A DNA stretch of 29,117 nt from Candidatus Eiseniibacteriota bacterium. Lineage in GTDB: Bacteria; Eisenbacteria; RBG-16-71-46; DASYSL01. Numbering within the stretch: position 1 is the first letter of the stretch; every line of letters begins with the position of its first letter. The notes beneath the pieces are model-generated. The model did no database searches. It was given only the letters and a program-made list of their open reading frames with translations, and was not told where the DNA came from. The translations under genes and the position numbers were made by a program. Positions 1-9,119 of the stretch are shown here, piece by piece. The stretch is from contig JANPEF010000056.1 of the NCBI GenBank assembly GCA_031431875.1, forward strand, positions 1-29,117. Direction: 5' to 3'.

Positions 1-1051
1 GAAGGCCGCCGTAACGCCGCCGACGAGGTCGACGCCGCCGCCGACACATGCGGCGAAGCTCACTCCCGCTGCGCCGTCGCTCCGTCCGAACGTGGCCGCG
101 GCGAAGCCGATGGTGAGCCCCGCGAAGCAGTCGCTGGCGGCCGCGGCCGCGAGCCAGCCGGGCTGGTCGTTCCGCAACACCCAGGCCGGCGGCGCCAGCA
201 CGACGAAGGTCGTGGCGACGACGGTGGCGGGTGGTCCGCCTGCGGCGACGAAACCCGCCCCAGTGAAGCCCGCGACGAAGGTGGCCGCGAAGCCCGTGGC
301 GAAGCCCCCGGTCCAGGCGGCGGTGGCGGCGAAGCCTGCCGTGCCTGCAGCGAAGCCCGTGGCGGTGGCGGCGAAGCCTGCCGCCCCTGCGGCAAAGCCC
401 GTGGTGATCGCCGCGAAGCCGGCGGCGCCCGCGGCGAAACCGTCAATGAAGCCCACGGCCGTCCCGACGAAGCCGATGCCTGGCGTCCGGGTTGCCGGTT
501 CGTCGACGGCGGCCGCGATCGCGAAGCCGAAGACGAAGCCGCCGATCCCGATCGCGGCGAAGGTTGCGGCCGTGACGGCCGGCGCGACGGTCACCGCCAA
601 CCCCGTGAAGGGAGCCCCGAAGCCCGTGGCCGCCCCGCAGCAGGTCGCCGCGCAGACCAGCAATAAGGGCACGCCCATCGTGCCCGCCGTGCAGACGCTC
701 GGCGCGGCGTTCATGGAGCAGCGCGAGATGTACGTCTACAACAGCCTTGACCGTCGCGACCCGTTCCAGTCGCTGGTCTCGGGTTCTTTTGAGGGCACGG
801 CCGGAACGCCGATGCTCGATGTCTCGAGCATGAAGCTCGTGGGCATCGTGTGGGGAGGCGCCGACAAGTTCGCCCTGGTGGAGGACAGCCATGGACACGG
901 CTACGTCCTGCGGGTCGGGGATCCGGTGCTGAACGGCTACATCGCGGGGCTCACGAAGGAAGAGCTTATCGTGAAGCAGTCGTCGTATGGCGATACCCAG
1001 ACGATCACGATTCAACTCCAGCGGAAGGATGGTGTCTCCAATGCGAACTGA
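1..1051 (+). CDS. pilP: Type IV pilus assembly protein PilP-like, 5'-truncated by the window, with long Ala/Lys/Pro-rich N-terminal region
   Basis: Frame is open from position 2. C-terminal domain has the PilP-type YxxxxRRDPF motif (YVYNSLDRRDPFQSL) followed by KLVGIVW...ALVED...GYVLRVGD. Overlaps the downstream secretin start by 11 nt. Confidence 0.8.
   Translation, partial: KAAVTPPTRSTPPPTHAAKLTPAAPSLRPNVAAAKPMVSPAKQSLAAAAASQPGWSFRNTQAGGASTTKVVATTVAGGPPAATKPAPVKPATKVAAKPVAKPPVQAAVAAKPAVPAAKPVAVAAKPAAPAAKPVVIAAKPAAPAAKPSMKPTAVPTKPMPGVRVAGSSTAAAIAKPKTKPPIPIAAKVAAVTAGATVTANPVKGAPKPVAAPQQVAAQTSNKGTPIVPAVQTLGAAFMEQREMYVYNSLDRRDPFQSLVSGSFEGTAGTPMLDVSSMKLVGIVWGGADKFALVEDSHGHGYVLRVGDPVLNGYIAGLTKEELIVKQSSYGDTQTITIQLQRKDGVSNAN
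323..448 (+). repeat. Three imperfect 42-bp tandem units encoding (V/I)AAKPAxPAAKPxx
   Basis: Units 323-364, 365-406 and 407-448 encode VAAKPAVPAAKPVA / VAAKPAAPAAKPVV / IAAKPAAPAAKPSM. Confidence 0.85.
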
Positions 1052-2453
1052 CGTCCTCGTCGCGACCGCGGTCCTGGCCTTCGCGGCCGTCGTGGACCCG
1101 GCGCTCCCGATCTTCTCTCCCGTGTCGGTGGCGTATGCCCAGACGCGAAACGCCCCGACGGGCGTGACGCGGACGGGCTCGGGCCGCATGTCCCTTGACG
1201 TGCAGGGCGCCGAAGTCCGCACCGTCTTCAGGAGCATCGCCGAGTTCTCCGGCCGCAACATCGTGGTCGGCAAGGACGTCAAGGGGCAGGTGTCGCTGCA
1301 GCTCAAGGACGTGCCGTGGCGTGAGGCGCTTAACTCGGTCTGCCGCACGCAGGGCCTCGATGTCGTCGAGGAGGGCAGCGTCCTCCGCGTCGACGAAGCC
1401 GCCAAGCTGCAGGGTGAGGTGCTCGCCCGCCAGCAGAACGAGTCGCAGCGCGAGACCGTCGCCCCGCTCGACACGCGCGTGGTCAAGGTCAGCTACGCCA
1501 AGGCCGACGAAGTGCGCAACGCGGTGCAGTCCGTCCTGACCCCTCGCGGCAAGGTCGAAGTCGATGATCGCACCAACTCGCTGATCATCTCGGACCTCGC
1601 CTACAAGCTCGATGTCGCGGAGGCGATGGCGAAGCAACTCGACACCAGCTCGCCGCAGATCGAAATCATGGCCAAGCTGGTCGACATCGACCTGTCGGCG
1701 TTGCGCGACCTCGGCGTCAAGTGGGGGGTGACCAACCTCGACATCAACAACATCTCGAACCCGACCATCGTCGACAACCAGATCGGCGTCGACGCGCGGC
1801 CGGCGGATGCGGTCGGCAACATCGCCGGCATCCTGACGCGGCCGTGGGGCCAGATCGAGTTCCTGATCGAGGGCATGGAGCAGAAGCGCCAGGCCACGAT
1901 CATCTCGAATCCGCGCATCACGACGATCGACAACCGCCAGGCGACGATCCTGGTGGGGCAGAAGATTCCGCTCATCGTGCAGGACGTCGCGGGCAACGCG
2001 GTGTCGCAGCTGCAGACGATCGGCATCAAGATGACGGTCACGCCGCACCTGACCGGCGACAACCGGATCATGATGGACCTGCGTCCCGAGATCTCGGACC
2101 TGTCGACCCAGTCGACGGTCCAGGGCGGTGTCATCATCAACACGTCGGAAGCCGACACGCGGGTCATGGTCGAGGACGGCCAGACCGCGGTCATCGGCGG
2201 ACTCATCCGCACCAACACGGGCGAGGTGCACACCGGTGTGCCGATCCTCATGAACATCCCGTTCCTCGGCGCGCTGTTCCGCAGCACGTCGAAGGTGACG
2301 CAGCAGCGTGAACTGGTCATCTTCGTCCGGCCGAAGCTGGTCGAGCGTTTCGCCGATGCCTCGGGGGATCCGCTGAACGTCGAACCCCGGGTCATGCCAC
2401 GCGACCTGCTGTTCGATCCGACGAAGCCGTACGTTCCCAAGGTGATCCAGTAG
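1041..2453 (+). CDS. pilQ: Type IV pilus secretin PilQ (signal peptide, N0, N3, secretin domain; no AMIN domains)
   Basis: ATG 1041 with signal peptide ending AYA-Q. N0 motif SLDVQGAEVRTVF..IAEFSGRNIVV...LKDVPW; N3 VDDRTNSLII; secretin motifs ISNPRITTIDN and VEDGQTAVIGGL...VPILMNIPFLGALF...ELVIFVRP. Confidence 0.93.
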   Translation: MRTDVLVATAVLAFAAVVDPALPIFSPVSVAYAQTRNAPTGVTRTGSGRMSLDVQGAEVRTVFRSIAEFSGRNIVVGKDVKGQVSLQLKDVPWREALNSVCRTQGLDVVEEGSVLRVDEAAKLQGEVLARQQNESQRETVAPLDTRVVKVSYAKADEVRNAVQSVLTPRGKVEVDDRTNSLIISDLAYKLDVAEAMAKQLDTSSPQIEIMAKLVDIDLSALRDLGVKWGVTNLDINNISNPTIVDNQIGVDARPADAVGNIAGILTRPWGQIEFLIEGMEQKRQATIISNPRITTIDNRQATILVGQKIPLIVQDVAGNAVSQLQTIGIKMTVTPHLTGDNRIMMDLRPEISDLSTQSTVQGGVIINTSEADTRVMVEDGQTAVIGGLIRTNTGEVHTGVPILMNIPFLGALFRSTSKVTQQRELVIFVRPKLVERFADASGDPLNVEPRVMPRDLLFDPTKPYVPKVIQ

Positions 2454-2482
2454 TCGCCTCCGATCCATGCTGCAGGAACCAT

Positions 2483-2520
2483 CCGAACGCCCCGGCTTCA
2501 CGGCCGGGGCGTTCGGCGTT
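2483..2520 (+). terminator. GC-rich hairpin after pilQ, probable intrinsic terminator
   Basis: Perfect 14-bp inverted repeat ccgaacgccccggc (2483-2496) / gccggggcgttcgg (2503-2516), 6-nt loop; U-tract is weak. Confidence 0.65.
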
Positions 2521-2552
2521 CGGGGTCGGCACCCCGGCTCCTCCGGCGCGCC

Positions 2553-2581
2553 TTGACGCCCGTCAGGCGGCCCCGTAGCTT
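2553..2581 (+). promoter_or_regulatory. Putative sigma70 promoter for the lol-like operon
   Basis: TTGACG (2553-2558), 17-nt spacer, TAGCTT (2576-2581); SD GGAG at 2620-2623 before ATG 2629. Confidence 0.6.
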
Positions 2582-2628
2582 CGAAGGTAGGATTGGTCCC
2601 GTCATCCCGCCCGTCGCGTGGAGTCGCC

Positions 2629-3435
2629 ATGTTCCATCCCCATCGAATTGCCGCCGTCGTGCTGCTTGCCGTCCTTGCCGCGGGCGGGGGCGGGGCCGTC
2701 GCCACGCCGGCCGCAGCCTCCGCCCCGACCGCCGACGCGGCCTTCCTGGCAAAGGTCGAGTCCGCGGCCCGCACGCGCCGCACGACGCTGCGCCAGCTCG
2801 AGGCCGACGTCGTGGTGCGCATTGCGGCCCCGCTGTGGAGCGGTGCCGGCACCTGCGAGGGCCGACTGGTGGCGCGGCGCCCGGGCGCCCTGCGCCTGCG
2901 CGGCTATGCTGCGGTGGCCACGGTGTTCGACGCGGTCACCGACGGGGAGCGCTTCGCCGTCCACCTGCCGGGGCCCGACCTCCTGTGGGTCGGCCCTGCC
3001 GGGCGGGAGTCCGAGCTGGTCGGCCTGCCGGTCGATCCGGGCACGATTGTCGGCGCCCTGTTCGGCGAGCCCTATGGCGCACACGGAGCGCCGCGCGCCA
3101 TCGCCGGCGCCGCCGGGTGGGTTGCCTACGACCAGGCCGACGATGCCGAGGTGCGCGCCCGCTGGGGCGGCAGCCCGCTGCGCCTCGAGGAGGCCGAACT
3201 GTGGTCGGGGGGGGAGCGCACCGCGCGCCTGCACTATCGCGATTGGCGCAAGCGCAAGGGCGTGTGGTGGCCGACGCAGATCGACTTCGATGGCGGCCCC
3301 GATCGGGGCTCGCTCGGGCTCGAGTTCACCGACGTGCGCTTCGATCATGTCCCGCCCGATGCCGCGTTCGAGCCGCCGACGGCGCCCGATGCCACCGTGC
3401 TCGACCTGGGCGCGCTTGCCCCGGACGCGCGATGA
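2629..3435 (+). CDS. Secreted LolA/LolB-fold protein (DUF4292 / LolB-like)
   Basis: ATG with SD and signal peptide. CEGRLVARRPGALRLRG...FD...DGERFAVHLP and YRDWR....WWPTQI...VPPDAAF patterns resemble LolB/DUF4292-like sorting proteins. ATGA-coupled to lolA. Confidence 0.55.
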   Translation: MFHPHRIAAVVLLAVLAAGGGGAVATPAAASAPTADAAFLAKVESAARTRRTTLRQLEADVVVRIAAPLWSGAGTCEGRLVARRPGALRLRGYAAVATVFDAVTDGERFAVHLPGPDLLWVGPAGRESELVGLPVDPGTIVGALFGEPYGAHGAPRAIAGAAGWVAYDQADDAEVRARWGGSPLRLEEAELWSGGERTARLHYRDWRKRKGVWWPTQIDFDGGPDRGSLGLEFTDVRFDHVPPDAAFEPPTAPDATVLDLGALAPDAR

Positions 3436-4073
3436 GCGGAGACTTCGCCTGTCGCGTCCGGCGCCTCGTCACGACGGTCGTGCTCGCGTCCTTGCTGGCG
3501 CCCTCCGCCGTGGCCGCGGGTCCCGCCCGCGATCGTCTCGATCGTGCCCTCAAGGGACTGCATGACGCGCGCGCATCGTTCACCCAGACGCGCAGCTCGT
3601 CGCTCCTCGGCGCGACCCTCAAGCCGACGACCGGCACGCTCGCCTACCGCACGCCACGGCTGCTGCGCATCGAATTCGCCGGTGCGGTCCCGACCAACGT
3701 CCTGGTCCGCGGCGACACGGCGTGGATCGAGCAGCCGCGTGCCGGCCAGGTGATCCGCACCTCGGCGCGGGCGTCGGGAGCGCCGCCGCTGCCGTTCCTC
3801 GAGGAGTCGGTGGCCATCATCGAGCGCAGTTACGTGGTGAAGGAGACCGGCGCGTCCTCGCTCGTGCTCGAGCCGCGGGCCAGCGGCGGCGCCGTGCGCG
3901 CGATCGACCTGGTGCTCGAGACGAAGTCGGGCCTGCCGCGCCGCGTCGTCGTTCGCCAGCGCGACGACGAGACGATCGCCTTCGAGTTCGCGCGCTGGAC
4001 GATCAACGCCGGGATCGCGAGCGGGCAGTTCGCGCCCGTGTTCGCGCCGGGCGTGAAGCTCGTCGAGCTGTGA
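3432..4073 (+). CDS. lolA: Outer-membrane lipoprotein carrier LolA family
   Basis: ATGA overlap and signal peptide. ASFTQ...GTLAYRTPRLLRIEF...VRGDTAWIEQP...QV and terminal F...INAGI....F....PGVKLV match LolA. Confidence 0.8.
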   Translation: MSGDFACRVRRLVTTVVLASLLAPSAVAAGPARDRLDRALKGLHDARASFTQTRSSSLLGATLKPTTGTLAYRTPRLLRIEFAGAVPTNVLVRGDTAWIEQPRAGQVIRTSARASGAPPLPFLEESVAIIERSYVVKETGASSLVLEPRASGGAVRAIDLVLETKSGLPRRVVVRQRDDETIAFEFARWTINAGIASGQFAPVFAPGVKLVEL

Positions 4074-4813
4074 GGCCCGCGCCAAAGCACTGGCTCCTCG
4101 ACCTCGACGACACGTTGTACCCGGCCGAGAGCGGCTTGTTCGCCCACGTCTCGCGGCGGATCACGGCCCGCATCGCGCGCACGCTCGACCTGCCGGAGGA
4201 CGAGGCGCGGCGCGTGCAGAAGGACTTCTGGCGGCGCTACGGCACCTCGCTGCGCGGCCTCGTCGTCGAGCACGGCATCGATCCCGAGCCGTTTCTTGCC
4301 GACGTGCACGACGTGCCGGTGGAGGCGATCCTCGCGCCGGATCCCGTGTTGCGGTCGGCGTTGCGCGCCTTGCCGGGGCACCTGCACGTCTTCACCAACG
4401 GCCCGCACGAGTTCGTCGCGCGCGTGCTCGTCCGCCTCGGCGTCGACGACCTGATCGAGCGCCGCTTCGACATCCGCCACGCCGAGTTCGTGCCCAAGCC
4501 CGATCCGCATCCGTACCGCCGAGCGCTGTCGGCGCTCGGTGTCGGCGGCGAGCAGGTCGCCCTGGTCGACGATTCGCCGCAGAACCTGGCGACCGGACGG
4601 ACCTTCGGAATGTGGACCGCATGGCTGCGCTCGCCCCACTCGATGGCGGGCGGCGCGACCGGCAACTCGGTCGCACTGGGTGCAGCGGGGGGCGGGGACG
4701 CGATGCCGCGCGAGGTCGACGGGCCGGCGGTGATCCTCGATCGCCTCAGCGACCTGCCCGCGGCGTGGACGGCGTGGGCGGCGGATCCGTCGCCCGTGGC
4801 GCCGCCGGCCTGA
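4070..4813 (+). CDS. HAD-superfamily pyrimidine 5'-nucleotidase
   Basis: GTGA overlap. HAD motif I DLDDTLYP, family motif YGTSLRGL, motif II FTNG, motif III PKP, motif IV VDDSPQNL. Confidence 0.88.
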   Translation: MRPAPKHWLLDLDDTLYPAESGLFAHVSRRITARIARTLDLPEDEARRVQKDFWRRYGTSLRGLVVEHGIDPEPFLADVHDVPVEAILAPDPVLRSALRALPGHLHVFTNGPHEFVARVLVRLGVDDLIERRFDIRHAEFVPKPDPHPYRRALSALGVGGEQVALVDDSPQNLATGRTFGMWTAWLRSPHSMAGGATGNSVALGAAGGGDAMPREVDGPAVILDRLSDLPAAWTAWAADPSPVAPPA

Positions 4814-5678
4814 GCGCATCTTCGGGCGCGCGCAAGGGCGCGAGGTACGCCACCGGCGTGCGCCGCGCGACGAGCACGAGTTCGCGCGGTCGCGGCGGGT
4901 GGGCGTCGGACGCGCGGCCGGGAACCGCCCATGCCGCGGGCAGCCCGAGGGCCGCGAGCACGAGCTCACCCAGAGCGTGGCGCGAGATCGTGCGGGGTCC
5001 GGCCAGGTGGACCACCGGTGGGGGCGCGGGCAGCGTCGAATCGCCGGCCAGCGCCCGGGTCACGAGCGCGAGCGCCGCACCGACGTCGACCGCGTGCGCG
5101 GGGCGGCGCAGCTCGTCGACGAACAGCGGATACGGTGCGCCGTCGTGGGCCCCGGCGAGCCATGCGGCGAGCCCGCGATCGAGCGGATCCAGGGAGTAGA
5201 GCAGCGGCAGGCGAGCGATCACCGCCGCCGGGTGCGCCGCGCGCACCATCCGCTCGGCCGCGGCCTTGGCGACCCCGTACGGCGTGATCGGCGACGGAAC
5301 GGCGTCCTCGTCGTACGGTCCGCTCGCGCCGTCGAACACCATGTCGGTCGACAGGTGCACGCATGCCGCACCCGTCGCGTGCGCCGCTTCGGCGATGTGG
5401 GCGGCGGCGTCGACGCTGACCGCGCGCGCGTCAGCCGGCCGGGTCGAGACGGCGGCATTGACGACGACGCGCGCGCCGGAGGCCGTGACGAGCGCGCGCA
5501 CGGCCGCGACGTCGGTGACGTCGAGCCGCACATGGCGCAGCGTCGTGTCCGGGCCGGGCCCCGGATCCGGGGCGTGCGAGAAATAGGTGCCCAGGCGCGC
5601 CCGACCACGAGCCGCGGCAAGCAGGGCGCCACCAACCAGCCCGCTGCCGCCGATCACCAGCAATTCCACCGATTCCAT
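4746..5678 (-). CDS. RmlD-like (dTDP-4-dehydrorhamnose reductase family) extended SDR oxidoreductase
   Basis: ATG 5678, MESVELLVIGGSGLVG (Rossmann fold), HLSTDMVFDG, PITPYGVAK (YxxxK), LFVDELRRP. Confidence 0.85.
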   Translation of the reverse strand: MESVELLVIGGSGLVGGALLAAARGRARLGTYFSHAPDPGPGPDTTLRHVRLDVTDVAAVRALVTASGARVVVNAAVSTRPADARAVSVDAAAHIAEAAHATGAACVHLSTDMVFDGASGPYDEDAVPSPITPYGVAKAAAERMVRAAHPAAVIARLPLLYSLDPLDRGLAAWLAGAHDGAPYPLFVDELRRPAHAVDVGAALALVTRALAGDSTLPAPPPVVHLAGPRTISRHALGELVLAALGLPAAWAVPGRASDAHPPRPRELVLVARRTPVAYLAPLRAPEDALRPAAPRATDPPPTPSTPRAGR

Positions 5679-5684
5679 CCGTGC

Positions 5685-5753
5685 AGTCTCCCGAGTGCCG
5701 GGCGTGCGGTCAAGGGGGCTCCCTTGACCCTGCGCGCCGCGCGCGGGCATACT
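5685..5753. promoter_or_regulatory. Back-to-back divergent promoters (rsmD and SDR) with palindromic -35 boxes
   Basis: Plus strand: TTGACC 5724-5729, 18 nt, CATACT 5748-5753. Minus strand: TTGACC 5713-5708, 17 nt, GAGACT 5690-5685. Each -10 ends 6 nt before its start codon. Confidence 0.6.
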
Positions 5754-5759
5754 GCGCGC

Positions 5760-6320
5760 GTGCGGATCATCGCGGGGTCGTTGGGAGGACGTCCGCTCGT
5801 CGCGCCGCGCGGTCGTGCCACGCGGCCCACGGCCGATCGCGTCCGCGAGGCGTTGTTCTCGATCCTCGGCGACGTCGCCGACCTCGACGTGCTCGACCTG
5901 TTCGCGGGGAGCGGTGCCTTCGGCCTCGAAGCCCTGTCGCGCGACGCGGCCACCGCGACGTTTGTCGAGATGTCGCGTCCGGCTCTCGCGGCGCTGCGCG
6001 CCAACATCGAGGCGCTCGCCGTGGGTGAGTGCGCGACGATCGTGGCCGACGACGTGGAGAGCGCACTGGGACGGCTGGCCCGGAGCGGACGCCGCTTCGG
6101 GCTCGTCTTCCTCGATCCGCCCTACTCCGCCGGTCGAGGTGCGGCGACCCTCTCCGCGCTGATCGCGGGTGGGCTGCTCGTTCCCGGCGCGTGGGTGGTG
6201 GTCGAGCGTTCGTCGCGCGATCCCGGGCCGACCGCACCGGCTGGCTTGCCGCAACGCTTCGAGCGCGAGTACGGCGCCGCCACGTTATCGTTCCATCGTT
6301 TCGACCCGGAGGGTTCATGA
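5760..6320 (+). CDS. rsmD: 16S rRNA (guanine966-N2)-methyltransferase RsmD
   Basis: GTG start. RIIAG...[37 protein letters not shown]. Confidence 0.95.
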   Translation: MRIIAGSLGGRPLVAPRGRATRPTADRVREALFSILGDVADLDVLDLFAGSGAFGLEALSRDAATATFVEMSRPALAALRANIEALAVGECATIVADDVESALGRLARSGRRFGLVFLDPPYSAGRGAATLSALIAGGLLVPGAWVVVERSSRDPGPTAPAGLPQRFEREYGAATLSFHRFDPEGS

Positions 6321-6838
6321 GCGGAACGCCCGCCCGCACCGCGCTCTTTCCCGGGACCTTCGATCCCTTCACCAACGGTCACCTTGACCTCGCCGAACGC
6401 GCGGCGAGGATGTTTCCGCGCGTCGTCATCGCAGTCGCCTCGTCGCCGAAGAAGGGAACGCTGTTCCCGCTCGAGGAGCGCGTCGAACTGACGCAGCTCG
6501 CCGTCGCCCACCTGGTGAACGTCAGCGTCATCGGCTTCGATGGCCTGGTCGTCGACTGCGCGCGTCGCGCCGGGGCCGAGGTGATGTGCCGCGGCATCCG
6601 TGCCGTCTCCGATTTCGAGTTCGAGTTCCAGATGGGGCTGATGAACCGCCGCCTCTCGCCCGACCTCGAGGTCGTGTTTCTCATGCCGAGCGCCCGCTAC
6701 ACGTTCCTCAACTCGACGCTGGTCAAGGAGATCGCCCGCCTCGGCGGTGACATCACGGGGCTTCTACCGGCGCACGTCGAGGCGCGGCTGCTGGCGCGCG
6801 TCGCCGACGAGCGCGCGCGCTACACGGCGCAGGGCTGA
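6317..6838 (+). CDS. coaD: Pantetheine-phosphate adenylyltransferase
   Basis: ATGA overlap. [35 protein letters not shown]. Confidence 0.96.
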   Translation: MSGTPARTALFPGTFDPFTNGHLDLAERAARMFPRVVIAVASSPKKGTLFPLEERVELTQLAVAHLVNVSVIGFDGLVVDCARRAGAEVMCRGIRAVSDFEFEFQMGLMNRRLSPDLEVVFLMPSARYTFLNSTLVKEIARLGGDITGLLPAHVEARLLARVADERARYTAQG

Positions 6839-6846
6839 GGGCGCGC

Positions 6847-7860
6847 ATGGCGCTGCTCGACACCGTCGCGCGCCGAGCCGCCGTCTCGGGCGGACGGATC
6901 GTGCTGCCGGAGGGCGAGGATCCGCGCGTCGTCACGGCGGCGTCGAGGCTCGCGGGGCAGCATCGCGCCATGGTGTCGATCATCGGCGATCCCGCCCGCA
7001 TCACCGCGGCCGCCCGCGCCGTGCAGGCGAGCCTGGTCGGCGTGACCGTGCTGGCGGTGACCGAACGTGGTCGCATCGAGCAGACGAAGGCGATGCTGCT
7101 GGCCGCGCGCGGCGAGCGACTCGCGCCCGCGGAGGCCGACCGCCACGCCGCGACGGCGGTGATGCAGGCTGCGGCGCTGGTGCGCGCGGGCCAGGCCGAG
7201 GCGTTCGTCGCCGGCGCCACGCACACGACCGGCGACGTGCTGCGCGCCGCCCTGTGGCTGATCGGCACCGCACCGGGCGTGAACACCGTCTCGTCGTACT
7301 TCGCGATGGTGAAGGCCGATGCCGCGGGGGCCGAGCGCGTGCTGTTCTTCGCCGACTGCGCGGTCGTGCCCGATCCCGATCCGGCCCAGCTCGCCGACAT
7401 CGCCATCGCCACCGCCGACAACTTTCGGGTGGTCACCGGCGGCGAGCCTCACGTCGCGTTGCTGTCGTTCTCGACCAAGGGGAGCGCGAAGCACCCGCAC
7501 GCCGACAAGGTGATCGAGGCCACCGCGCGCGCCCGCGCCCGCCGCCCCGACCTGCACATCGACGGCGAAATGCAGGCCGATGCCGCGCTGGTCGAGAGCG
7601 TGGGCAAGGCCAAGGCGGCCGGCTCGATCGTCGCCGGCCACGCCAATGTCCTCATCTTCCCGGATCTCGACGCGGCGAACATCGGCTACAAGCTGCTGCA
7701 GCGTCTCGGCGACTGGTCCGCCTTCGGGCCAATTCTCCAGGGCCTGGCGCGGCCGGCCAACGACCTGTCGCGCGGTTGCTCGGCCGACGATATCGTCAAC
7801 ACGTCCCTCTTCGCGCTCGCCGCGGCGTCTGCTCCCGCGGCGCGCGGCGCGGCGACCTGA
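6847..7860 (+). CDS. pta: Phosphate acetyltransferase (short, class I)
   Basis: [68 protein letters not shown]. Confidence 0.95.
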   Translation: MALLDTVARRAAVSGGRIVLPEGEDPRVVTAASRLAGQHRAMVSIIGDPARITAAARAVQASLVGVTVLAVTERGRIEQTKAMLLAARGERLAPAEADRHAATAVMQAAALVRAGQAEAFVAGATHTTGDVLRAALWLIGTAPGVNTVSSYFAMVKADAAGAERVLFFADCAVVPDPDPAQLADIAIATADNFRVVTGGEPHVALLSFSTKGSAKHPHADKVIEATARARARRPDLHIDGEMQADAALVESVGKAKAAGSIVAGHANVLIFPDLDAANIGYKLLQRLGDWSAFGPILQGLARPANDLSRGCSADDIVNTSLFALAAASAPAARGAAT

Positions 7861-7879
7861 GAGCCCGAAAGGAGTTCCC

Positions 7880-9094
7880 GTGCGACTCTCCCGGCTGGCG
7901 CAGGATGCGAAGCCCTCGGGCACGTTGGCCATCGACGAGGAGTACCGGATGCGCAAGGCGCGCGGCGAGGACGTGATCTCGCTCGGCGCCGGCCAGCCCG
8001 ACTTTCCGTCGCCGCCGGCCGCGCAGCACGGCGGCGAGGAAGCGATCCGCGACGGCCGTACGCGCTACACCGACGTCGCCGGAACCGAGGAGCTGCGCGC
8101 CATGATCGCCCGGAAGCTGAAGGAGGAGAACGGGCTCGCCCTGACGGCGCAGCAGGTCGTCGTCACCGCGGGCGCCAAGCAGGCCCTCTACCACGCGCTC
8201 TGCGCGCTGGTCGACGCCGGTGACGGTGTGCTCATCCCGACGCCGGCGTGGCCGTCGTACGGGCAGATGGTGCACCTGCTCGACGCGCGGGTGGTCCCCG
8301 TGCCGCTGGCCGCGGCCGACGGCTGGAAGCTCACCGTCGACGGCCTCATGCGGGCGCTCTCGGGCGCATCGCGCCGCGCCGGGGTCTTGATCCTCAACCA
8401 GCCCGCGAACCCGACCGGCGCCACGTACTCCGCCGACGAACTAGCGCGCCTTGCCGAGGTCGTTCGCGGCGAGGATCTCACGGTGATCAGCGACGAGATC
8501 TACGAGCGTCTGGTCTACGACGCACCCTTCACCTCGTTCGCCACGCTCCCGGGGATGCGCGGCCGGACGGTGACCGTGAACGGCTTCTCGAAGGCTTTCG
8601 CCATGACCGGGTGGCGCATGGGGTACGCTGCAGGTCCGGCGCCGCTGATGGCCGCGATGACGGCGATCCAGGGCCACACCTCGGGCAATGCCTGCAGCGT
8701 CTCGCAGCACGCGGCGCTCAAGGCGCTCGCAGCCTCGCTCGACGGGGGAGAGGGCCGGGAACCGCTCGACGCCATGAAGGCGGCGTTCCGGACCCGACGG
8801 GACCTGGTGTGCCGCCTGCTCGCCGACATCCCGGGCGTGACGTTCCTGCGACCGGGCGGGGCGTTCTACGTGTGGGTCGACGTATCCGCCCACTACGGCC
8901 GGCCGCTCGGCGAGGGACGCGGCGAGGTGCGCGATTCACAGGCCATGGCCGAGTACCTGCTGGAGTGCGCGGGGGTGGCGGTCGTGCCCGGGCGCGCCTT
9001 CGGGGACGATCGTTGCATCCGACTGTCATTCGCCGCCTCGGCCGAGGATCTCACGGTGGCCCTCAAGCGCATTGCGAAGGCGCTGGCGGGTTGA
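7880..9094 (+). CDS. aspC: PLP-dependent class I aminotransferase (aspartate aminotransferase-like)
   Basis: SD AAGGAG before GTG 7880. GQPDF, GAKQAL, PANPTG, SDEIY, NGFSKAFAMTGWRMGY (PLP lysine), PGGAFY, IRLSFA. Confidence 0.9.
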   Translation: MRLSRLAQDAKPSGTLAIDEEYRMRKARGEDVISLGAGQPDFPSPPAAQHGGEEAIRDGRTRYTDVAGTEELRAMIARKLKEENGLALTAQQVVVTAGAKQALYHALCALVDAGDGVLIPTPAWPSYGQMVHLLDARVVPVPLAAADGWKLTVDGLMRALSGASRRAGVLILNQPANPTGATYSADELARLAEVVRGEDLTVISDEIYERLVYDAPFTSFATLPGMRGRTVTVNGFSKAFAMTGWRMGYAAGPAPLMAAMTAIQGHTSGNACSVSQHAALKALAASLDGGEGREPLDAMKAAFRTRRDLVCRLLADIPGVTFLRPGGAFYVWVDVSAHYGRPLGEGRGEVRDSQAMAEYLLECAGVAVVPGRAFGDDRCIRLSFAASAEDLTVALKRIAKALAG

Positions 9095-9119
9095 CGCCTG
9101 CCTGAAAGGACCCTGCTGC

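Noticed and set aside
6847..7860. pta without adjacent ackA
   Set aside because: The two genes are often unlinked; nothing can be concluded from one window.
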